From positions 448,001 to 512,000 of the forward strand of contig CAVOYH010000004.1 in assembly GCA_963700635.1 (NCBI GenBank): a stretch of 64,000 nucleotides of DNA, in the 5' to 3' direction. This document shows positions 49,067 through 56,798 of the stretch, one piece after another. How positions within the stretch are numbered: position 1 is the stretch's first letter; each line of letters opens with the position of its first letter. The notes below the pieces were generated by a model. The model had not been told where the DNA came from, made no database searches, and saw only the letters and a list, made by a program, of their open reading frames with translations. Source of the DNA: an uncultured Bacteroidota bacterium (GTDB lineage: Bacteria; Bacteroidota; Ignavibacteria; UBA10030; UBA6906). The position numbers and the translations under genes are program-made.

Positions 49067-50240
49067 ACCCCTGAAGATCTCAGCGATGGCAAGAACCACA
49101 GGCCTGTTTCTGTTCGCGTGCCTGATCGCCGCCTTGATGGCCGAAGGGATCGTGCGGATCGTCGCTCCACAGCGAATGGAATCGTACAGGCCGATCTATG
49201 AGGCCGACACCCTCCTCGTTTACCGGCTAAAACGTAACTATAACGCTCTCTACCAGCAGCCGGAATTTGAGATCCGGGAATCCACAAACTCGCTGGGACT
49301 CCGGGAAGGAGTTATCCCCCCGAAACAAGCCCACACGAAGCGGATTCTCGGGCTTGGTGATTCCTTCAGCTACTCAAACTCCGTGAATCTTGAGGAAACT
49401 TTTTTCAAGCAGATCGAACGCATGATGTCAGAAAGCGGTGGTCAACGTGTTGAGGTGATCAACGCTGCAGTCCCTGCGTATAGCACAATCCAGGAAATGC
49501 GATATCTCGAACGTGACGGCATTAGACTTGCGCCGGATGTGGTGCTGCTTGGTTTTTATGTCGGGAATGATTTTCAGGACTCCCAGGAACTTTTTGACTC
49601 ATTACAACGACCCACCATCGATGTGGTGGACGGACAGCTCCGGGCCAATGCCTTCTTTCCGAGCGCGCGGTACGACCGGCAGGAACGTTCCTTCAGAACT
49701 GCGACCCTTGAGCTGAGAGCCTTTTTTGCATCACACAGCGCACTGTACGTGTTCCTCCGGGAACGTTTTTCAGAGACCCTGTGGCGCCTCGGATTACGGA
49801 ACAATCCGCCGCCGCCGGACTTCTGCGCCAAGGTCATGTCTCCGTCAATGGAGCAGGGGTGGGAGGTCACAAGAAGCGTGCTGGTTCGGATGGCGGAATT
49901 CTGTTCTGCCCGGCAGATCCGACTGGTGGTGGTAACGCTTCCCACGCAATACCAGGTGCACGAGGACCTCTGGACGCACCACGTGACGACGTTCGGTCTC
50001 AACGCAGCAGACTACGATCTGGACAAACCCCAGCTACTCGTGAAAGAATTTTGCGCGCGTGAAGGCATCGAGCAGGTCGACGTGCTGCCGGCTATGCGGG
50101 AGGCAGCGCGCACAGAACGCCTCTTTTATCCTATTGCGTCCTATATGACCCCGGCCGGCCATGCCCTTGTGGGAAGGGTCGTGAGCGCGTACCTGGCCGG
50201 GGAATCTTTGCCACTCACGGTGTCGCAGGCAAAGCCATGA
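49059..50240 (+). CDS. Membrane-anchored SGNH/GDSL-family protein 2 (catalytic His apparently lost)
   Basis: N-terminal TM, TNSLGLR, LGDSFSYS, INAAVPAY, GNDF. Block V reads PIASYMTPAGH instead of DGHW. Confidence 0.8.
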   Translation: MNKPLKISAMARTTGLFLFACLIAALMAEGIVRIVAPQRMESYRPIYEADTLLVYRLKRNYNALYQQPEFEIRESTNSLGLREGVIPPKQAHTKRILGLGDSFSYSNSVNLEETFFKQIERMMSESGGQRVEVINAAVPAYSTIQEMRYLERDGIRLAPDVVLLGFYVGNDFQDSQELFDSLQRPTIDVVDGQLRANAFFPSARYDRQERSFRTATLELRAFFASHSALYVFLRERFSETLWRLGLRNNPPPPDFCAKVMSPSMEQGWEVTRSVLVRMAEFCSARQIRLVVVTLPTQYQVHEDLWTHHVTTFGLNAADYDLDKPQLLVKEFCAREGIEQVDVLPAMREAARTERLFYPIASYMTPAGHALVGRVVSAYLAGESLPLTVSQAKP

Positions 50241-51262
50241 GGCTCCGAACGACCCCTTCGCAACCTTCAAAAAGATCCGGCTTTCTGGGAACGGCTCTTC
50301 TATTTGTCGCTTCCGTCTGTGTGACAGTTGTCCTTGGGGAACTCTTCGTGAGGGCTGTTGTGCCGGTGCGAAACATTGGGCCCACGTTTTCAGAATACGA
50401 TCCGGCATATGGAAAGCGGCTCAAAAAAGATTTTTCCTGCACACGGATTGCCGCAGAGTTTACCATGGAATTTTCAACGAACAGCCTGGGGTTCCGGGGT
50501 CCTGAGCCAGCGTCGTTTCCATCGGACGGTATCCTCTTTCTCGGTGATTCCTTTACCAGCGGTTACGGCGTGAATGACGGAGAGGAGTTTCCGGCGATCA
50601 TCCGCCGCGCATTGGAGAACACGGGAGGCAGTGCGGCCCCGCCGGTTGTGAATGCAGGCAGCGGAAACATTGGTAACGGGTACTGGCTAAAATTCCTTCA
50701 GACTGAAATGGGACGGTACAATCCGCGCATGGTCGTCCTGGGTTTCTGCGTCAATGATTTTGTTGACAACCAGGTCGAGGGGATGTATCGGGTAGGGCCC
50801 GGCGGTAAGATCGTACTCTCGGATCATCCCCCGCCTCAGGAGGGTGCACGCACGGCTCAGGCGATTATCGAAGCGATCCCCGGACTTTCGTATTCCCATC
50901 TTGTGGGACTCGCCAGGCAGTTTTACTCGGAAGGATGGGGAGAGGGACCCGTTTCCGTGCCGCGCAAAGAGGCCGACTCTCTCACGTATGCGTTGCTCGA
51001 TGCGGTATTCTCGGCCTGCGCGGAGCACCACCTTCCGGCAATTGTGCTCGCCATTGAAGTTGGCAAGGAACGGCTTTCCGTGTTGCGCGACGTTGCCGGG
51101 CGCTATGCCATTCCGGTCGTCGAGGCGCCTTCGAAGTGGGAACGTCCGGAGTTGTATTATCATGTCGATGGACATTGGAATGCGGCGGGGCATGCGTACG
51201 TTGCGAACATGCTGCTGCCATATATCTACCGTCTCGCCAACGGAAACATCAAGAAAGGTTGA
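50237..51262 (+). CDS. Membrane-anchored SGNH/GDSL-family protein 3
   Basis: N-terminal TM, TNSLGFRG, LGDSFTSGYGV, VNAG, VNDF, VDGHWNAAGH. Confidence 0.87.
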   Translation: MRLRTTPSQPSKRSGFLGTALLFVASVCVTVVLGELFVRAVVPVRNIGPTFSEYDPAYGKRLKKDFSCTRIAAEFTMEFSTNSLGFRGPEPASFPSDGILFLGDSFTSGYGVNDGEEFPAIIRRALENTGGSAAPPVVNAGSGNIGNGYWLKFLQTEMGRYNPRMVVLGFCVNDFVDNQVEGMYRVGPGGKIVLSDHPPPQEGARTAQAIIEAIPGLSYSHLVGLARQFYSEGWGEGPVSVPRKEADSLTYALLDAVFSACAEHHLPAIVLAIEVGKERLSVLRDVAGRYAIPVVEAPSKWERPELYYHVDGHWNAAGHAYVANMLLPYIYRLANGNIKKG

Positions 51263-51266
51263 TTGA

Positions 51267-52406
51267 ATGTACTTCCGCGTACACATGTTGCTGTTCTCCC
51301 TGCTTCTCTGTGGATCGACGCTGACAGCGTCGGAACCGTGGGTTACGGCGTACTACGCCGGTTGGATGCAGGGAAATCAGTGGAGCTTTCACCTCCGTCC
51401 GAAGGATATTGACTTTGATGCCGTGACACACATTATCCATTTTTCACTAGGGCCAAATCCCGACGGAACGCTGAACGACGAGGGAAATGGAATCACCGCG
51501 GAGAACTCCGCAGACATTGTCGCGGCAGCTCATAATGCCGGAAAAAAGGTGCTCATTTGTGTCGGAGGATGGAATTCCGAGCGCGGGTTCGCCGGCGCCA
51601 CGCAGAAAGGCACGCGGGAACGGTTTATCATGAACCTCCTCTCATTTGTGAAGAATCGGGGTTATGATGGAATCGACATGGATTGGGAGCCGCTTTCGCG
51701 AGAGAATGTTGGTCAGTATGGAGCATTCCTTGAGGATCTGCGGAAGGCCATGCGGGCTGTGAATCCCGGCCTGCTTCTGACTGTCGCCTGCAATAGTGCG
51801 CCGGAGTTGTTCGGCCGGATTCATCCTGTGCTGGATCAGGTAAATCTGATGACGTATGACTACTCTGGAGCCTGGCCGGGATGGTTCACGTGGCACAACG
51901 CGGCAATCTATGACGGCGGTGCACGGTTTCCGAGTAACGGTGCCGCTCCACCCTCCATCCACGCGCATGTCCAGGAATTCCTCACAGCAGGCGTGCCGGC
52001 CTCGAAGCTCGGCATAGGGATCGATTTCTACGGCTACGTGTGGAACAGCGGAAACGGCACGCCAACCGGCGGAGTGACGGCGCCCCGTCAGACCTGGAAC
52101 ACCGCGCCATGGGTCAAGGATAATGTTCCCTACTACCAGATTATGGAATCCTTCTTTGATGCGGGTGCCTATCGATGGGATTCATCAGCGCAGGCGGCAT
52201 ATTTGTCCATCGACAAGCCGGGATCATCAGAAGACCGATTCGTGTCGTACGATGACGAAACATCGTGCCGCAGGAAGATTGCGTATGTACGCGGGCAGGG
52301 GCTCGGAGGTGTTATCATCTGGGAACTTGGCGGAGGATGGGAGCCGAAGGCAGAAAGGCCTGATCGTCTACTTCAGTCAGTGAAGAAGGCACTCAAGACG
52401 CGATGA
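51267..52406 (+). CDS. GH18 chitinase-like glycoside hydrolase, exported, no T9SS domain
   Basis: Signal peptide, THIIHFS, VGGW, GYDGIDMDWEP (DxxDxDxE), LMTYDY, SYDD, GGVIIWELGG. Confidence 0.92.
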   Translation: MYFRVHMLLFSLLLCGSTLTASEPWVTAYYAGWMQGNQWSFHLRPKDIDFDAVTHIIHFSLGPNPDGTLNDEGNGITAENSADIVAAAHNAGKKVLICVGGWNSERGFAGATQKGTRERFIMNLLSFVKNRGYDGIDMDWEPLSRENVGQYGAFLEDLRKAMRAVNPGLLLTVACNSAPELFGRIHPVLDQVNLMTYDYSGAWPGWFTWHNAAIYDGGARFPSNGAAPPSIHAHVQEFLTAGVPASKLGIGIDFYGYVWNSGNGTPTGGVTAPRQTWNTAPWVKDNVPYYQIMESFFDAGAYRWDSSAQAAYLSIDKPGSSEDRFVSYDDETSCRRKIAYVRGQGLGGVIIWELGGGWEPKAERPDRLLQSVKKALKTR

Positions 52407-52543
52407 GTGGACATCCCAGTTCGAAAAGGGGATTAATGATAATTAATTTGTAATGACATCCTTTCTCTACGATATTAAGATGAAAAATGGCGTCGGGGCA
52501 CTCTCCAGTTGGAGATTTTGCTCGTATCATGGGATGTGATCTG

Positions 52544-52558
52544 TGGCACATGATATGC
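52544..52558 (+). promoter_or_regulatory. Candidate sigma54 promoter for the second GH18 gene
   Basis: TGGCACATGATATGC (GG-N10-GC), preceded by an AT-rich tract at 52430-52485. Confidence 0.6.
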
Positions 52559-52620
52559 GGCAAGACACGTGGGCTCGATCGCTCCGGTTACCCATTTTGA
52601 GATGACATGGAGGGAAGGGA

Positions 52621-54006
52621 ATGAAACGTATCACAGTTCTTCTGGCATGTATCCTGTTGCCCACTTCTGTACTGGTGGCACAGCAGCAACCCTGGGTCAG
52701 CGCATACTATGCGGGGTGGATGCAGAGTTATTGTCCGCCGTCCGCGATCGACTACGGCGCGGTCACCCACATCATACACTTTTCCATAAATCCCACCGGG
52801 GGTCCCAACATCGATGCAAGCGGGAATGGCATCACCAATGCTGCCTCGTCGGCAATTATCCAGGCAGCACACGCGGCGGGGAAGAAGGTGCTGGTGACAT
52901 GCGGCGGGTGGGGGGATGCCCAGGCGTTCGCGAGTGCGACAAATTCGACAAACCGCGCGGCCTTTATCAGCAATCTCGTCAACTTCGTTACAACGCGCGG
53001 CTACGATGGTCTCGATATCGACTGGGAACCCATAACATCAGCGAGCCAGTTCAAACTCTTTATTCCGGAACTCCGTGCCGCGCTGAATGCGGCGAAACCG
53101 GGACTGCTTCTGACAATCGCATCGATGGGTGACAACTCTTCCGCGATCGCCGAAGTACAGGCCCACTTTGATCAGATCAACATCATGACCTATGACATGT
53201 CCGGTGCATGGCAAGGATGGGTCGTGTGGCATAATGCGCCGGTGTTCGATGGCGGTTACAGGTTTCCCGGCACAAACAGCACCGTTCCTTCTGCGGATGG
53301 GGATGTCAAGGATTTCCTGGCAGCCGGTATCGCCAAAAACAAGATTGGCATCGGAGCCGACTTCTATGGCTACGTGTGGTCCGGAGTCACACGGCCACGG
53401 CAGACCTGGGTGTCTACTCCGAGCGTCACAGATAACGTACCGTACTACCAGCTGATGAACACCTATGCGGCTTACACAGCCGAATGGGACACCATCGCCC
53501 ATGCCGCTTTTATCAGTGTTCCCACCGGATCGGGGAAATTTATTTCACTGGACAATGAACAGACGATGGCTGCCAAAGGTGCGTATGTCAAGAGCAAAGG
53601 TATCGGCGGCATGATTATCTGGGAGCTGGGCGGAGGGTACCGTGCGAGCGCTCCTGCCGGCCAGCGGGATAAGCTCCTGCAGGCGGTGAAGCAGGCGTTT
53701 TTCACCCAGCCCACCGATACGCCCGGTTTACAGACAATCAGCAGTGAATACCGGCTGGAGCAGAACTATCCAAACCCGTTTAATCCCGAAACGCGCATCC
53801 GGTTTCAGATCGCTGAGAAAGGACTTGTGAATCTTGGTGTGTACGACCTTCTTGGCCGGGAGGTGGCGCGATTGGTGTCAGATGAGTATGAGGCGGGCGC
53901 CCATGAGGTACGGTTTGATGGGGCCGGGCTTGCTTCCGGAATCTACTTCGCCCGGTTGGAAGTCGCGGGAGCCGTCTTTACCAGGTCTATGGCGCTTTTG
54001 CGTTAG
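52621..54006 (+). CDS. GH18 chitinase-like hydrolase with T9SS type A sorting domain
   Basis: Signal peptide, GYDGLDIDWEP, IMTYDM, GGMIIWELGG. C-terminal LEQNYPNPFNPET...VYDLLGREV...LASGIYF. Confidence 0.93.
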   Translation: MKRITVLLACILLPTSVLVAQQQPWVSAYYAGWMQSYCPPSAIDYGAVTHIIHFSINPTGGPNIDASGNGITNAASSAIIQAAHAAGKKVLVTCGGWGDAQAFASATNSTNRAAFISNLVNFVTTRGYDGLDIDWEPITSASQFKLFIPELRAALNAAKPGLLLTIASMGDNSSAIAEVQAHFDQINIMTYDMSGAWQGWVVWHNAPVFDGGYRFPGTNSTVPSADGDVKDFLAAGIAKNKIGIGADFYGYVWSGVTRPRQTWVSTPSVTDNVPYYQLMNTYAAYTAEWDTIAHAAFISVPTGSGKFISLDNEQTMAAKGAYVKSKGIGGMIIWELGGGYRASAPAGQRDKLLQAVKQAFFTQPTDTPGLQTISSEYRLEQNYPNPFNPETRIRFQIAEKGLVNLGVYDLLGREVARLVSDEYEAGAHEVRFDGAGLASGIYFARLEVAGAVFTRSMALLR

Positions 54007-54032
54007 ATGGTTGTTAAACGGAAGTGCAGTCC

Positions 54033-54066
54033 GCGGCCCCGCCTCCCGGTGGGGCCGTGCTGTTTC
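54033..54066. terminator. GC-rich hairpin between convergent genes
   Basis: GCGGCCCC...GGGGCCGT followed by GCTGTTT. Confidence 0.5.
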
Positions 54067-55076
54067 TAGGCGGATGTCTCAGGGGGCCCCGGGCCCATTT
54101 CCCGCAACCGATCATACAGATACTTTCTGCTCACACCCAATATTCGTGCTGCTTTTGCCTTGTTCCCCCCGTTTGCCTTCAGCGTGTATTCGATCATGAG
54201 CCGCTCGGCCGACAGTATCGTCGATCCGACCGGAATGGTGATAGCTTTGCGTATCGCCTGGTCCCGGAGGAGGCGCTCCGGAAGACACTCCGGCATAATT
54301 TCCGAGTGAGGGCAGGTAATCAGGAGTGCCTCCACGAGGTTGCGCAGCTCTCTGACATTTCCGGGCCACGGGTATTCAGTCAGGATCTCGAGGGTATCAG
54401 AGGAAAAGACCTTGCTGTGATCCTTCACCGCGCCATTAAGGGTTCTTAGAAAGTGGTCCAGAAGGAGAGGGATATCACATGGTCTCTCACGCAAGGGAGG
54501 AAGGTACAGCTCTACGACGGCAAGCCGGTAGTAGACGTCCTCGCGCAGAAGGCCGGATGCAAGGGCTTCCTTCACATCCCGGTTGGTAGCAGAGATGATC
54601 CGTACATCCACCTCGACTTCCTCGTTTCCACCCAACCGGCGGAATCGTTTTGTTTCGAGTGCCCGGAGGAGTTTTGCCTGAACGTTTGGTGACATTTCGG
54701 CGATTTCGTCAAGGAAAAGCGTGCCGCGATGGGCGAGTTCAAAACAGCCTATCTTTTTGGAATAAGCCCCCGTGAACGCCTCCCGCTCATGTCCGAAAAG
54801 TTCATTGTCAATAACGTCCTGCGGGAGAGCTGCGCAATTTACTTCAATACAGGGGTTTTCGGCCTGTGCGCTCTGGCCATGAATGTACTTTGCCAGCACA
54901 TCCTTCCCCGTTCCGCTCTCTCCGGTTATCAGGACCGCTACCTGTGATTGAGCCACCCTGACGGCTTGCGAAAGCAGGTCAAGGATGGGCGGATGCATGG
55001 TCACAAATGCGGATTTTGTTACGTCCGGGCCGGTGATAATGCCTGAACCGGAGGTCCGGGTGGGTCTACATCCCAT
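54066..55076 (-). CDS. sigma54-dependent Fis-family activator without an N-terminal sensory domain
   Basis: ITGESGTGKD, ELFGHEREAFTGA, GTLFLDEI, REDVYYRL, WPGNVRELRN, HTH NKAKAARILGVSRKYLY. Confidence 0.92.
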   Translation of the reverse strand: MGCRPTRTSGSGIITGPDVTKSAFVTMHPPILDLLSQAVRVAQSQVAVLITGESGTGKDVLAKYIHGQSAQAENPCIEVNCAALPQDVIDNELFGHEREAFTGAYSKKIGCFELAHRGTLFLDEIAEMSPNVQAKLLRALETKRFRRLGGNEEVEVDVRIISATNRDVKEALASGLLREDVYYRLAVVELYLPPLRERPCDIPLLLDHFLRTLNGAVKDHSKVFSSDTLEILTEYPWPGNVRELRNLVEALLITCPHSEIMPECLPERLLRDQAIRKAITIPVGSTILSAERLMIEYTLKANGGNKAKAARILGVSRKYLYDRLREMGPGPPETSA

Positions 55077-55427
55077 CGTCTTCCAGGTTGTTGTACTCGT
55101 AAGACTGGTTTACATCCGGTGACGGAGTTACAACGATCCCCGCAGAAGACTCTGGGACAACACGATTCTGCGGCTATTGCAACCGATCGCGTCTCGGGTG
55201 AAATTAGGATTGCGTCGGAAAATAGAATGGGGGACTGTGAGGGAAGGGAAAAATAGAGACGCCAAAGCGAACCAAACGTCTGATCTGCCCGGTACAAATC
55301 GCCCTTCGCAACGCTCATCCCCGATCAATGTGCGACAGAGAAACAAATGATTTCGCGATACCTCGCTAACGGGGTACCACGAGGGTCTCATAGTGTGCAG
55401 ATCAGAAAGAACAGGTTACGCTGACAT

Positions 55428-55456
55428 ATGCTACCAATTATGTGACCTAATGTCAA
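55428..55456 (-). promoter_or_regulatory. Candidate sigma70-type promoter
   Basis: Minus strand reads TTGACA-N17-TAGCAT. Confidence 0.55.
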
Positions 55457-55733
55457 GCGGACGTTGTCTTTTTGTGTTATCAGAGCGGACACTCAGCTGT
55501 ATCAAAGAGCGACACATCCCTGTCGGGAGAGGCAGCAGGGGGAGGATTTCAAAGGAAACTCCGACGCGCCAATTTCGTAACACTAGAGGAAAGAGCGGAT
55601 AATCCGCGTCCGGGGTCGACGAACGTGCTTGGGGATGCGCTGGAGCGGGAACCCGGGACGGATGTACATCGTTAATGGTTACATAATCCTTAGGTCTGAT
55701 CAACCCATTTCCATCCACCACGGAGAATTCTCC

Positions 55734-56789
55734 ATGACGACTCGTAGATGTTCAACACCAGCAGTCTTTGCGTTGTTTCTGGCGCTTGTTTCACAGGCTG
55801 TCGCCCAGCCCCAGCTACCCGTGCCACAACCCAGTCCCGCAGCGACCACCGTGCAGACCATCGGCATCGCCGAGGTCAAGGTAACGTATCACCGTCCGGC
55901 CGTAAAAGGGAGGTCCGTTTGGGGAGGATTGGTCCCCTACGGTGAAATCTGGCGAGCAGGTGCAAATGAGAACACCGTTCTTACTTTTTCGAAGGCAGTC
56001 AAACTCGGGGGGACCGTGCTCGACGCAGGGAGTTACGGTCTTCACATGATTCCCACAAAAGCGGATTGGACCATCATTCTCAGTACGAATGCAACATCCT
56101 GGGGAAGTTACTTCTACAAGCAGGAAGAAGATGCGGTTCGGTTTACCGTGACACCGCGGCAGGGTGAATTTACCGAATGGCTCCAGTATGAGTTTTCAGA
56201 CCTCACTGACACCAGCGGGGTTCTGTCCTTACGCTGGGAGAAGTTGCGTATTCCGATCGTCATCAGCGTAGACACGCGCGCGCAGATTCTGGCGCATGCA
56301 CGCGACGAATACCTGCGCGGACTGGCGGGCTTTTCGTGGCAGGGCTTTAATCAGGCGGCACAGTACGCTCTGCAGTCGAAAACCAATCTGGAGGAAGCGC
56401 TCCAGTGGGCGAACCGCTCCACCGGAATGGTCGAGAACTTCACGAATCTCCAGACGAAGGCCGCGGTGCTGGAAGCACTGGGGCGGAATAACGAAGCCGC
56501 ACCCCTTCGTGCAAGAGCCATGAAGACAGCGACAGAAGCCGAGATTAACACTTTCGGCTACACGCTTATGGCGCAGAAGAAGATGAAAGAGGCGTTAGAG
56601 ATGTTTGCGAAAAACGTAAAAGACCACCCTGATTCCTGGAATGTCTATGACAGTCTCGCGGAAGGGCTCGAAAACACCGGAGACGTAAAAGGCGCCATCA
56701 CAAACTATGAAAAAGCCCTGCAAAGGGTCAACGACGAAGGAAACCGGAAACGTATCACTGAGACGCTCAAAAGGCTGCGCGAGAAGTAA
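55734..56789 (+). CDS. DUF2911 domain protein with C-terminal TPR repeats
   Basis: Signal peptide, PSPAA...QTIG...V.YHRPAVKGR.VWG.LVPYGEIWRAGANENT, WGSY.Y, then TPR helices (NTFGY, WNVYDSLAE). Confidence 0.88.
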   Translation: MTTRRCSTPAVFALFLALVSQAVAQPQLPVPQPSPAATTVQTIGIAEVKVTYHRPAVKGRSVWGGLVPYGEIWRAGANENTVLTFSKAVKLGGTVLDAGSYGLHMIPTKADWTIILSTNATSWGSYFYKQEEDAVRFTVTPRQGEFTEWLQYEFSDLTDTSGVLSLRWEKLRIPIVISVDTRAQILAHARDEYLRGLAGFSWQGFNQAAQYALQSKTNLEEALQWANRSTGMVENFTNLQTKAAVLEALGRNNEAAPLRARAMKTATEAEINTFGYTLMAQKKMKEALEMFAKNVKDHPDSWNVYDSLAEGLENTGDVKGAITNYEKALQRVNDEGNRKRITETLKRLREK

Positions 56790-56798
56790 GGGGTGAAT

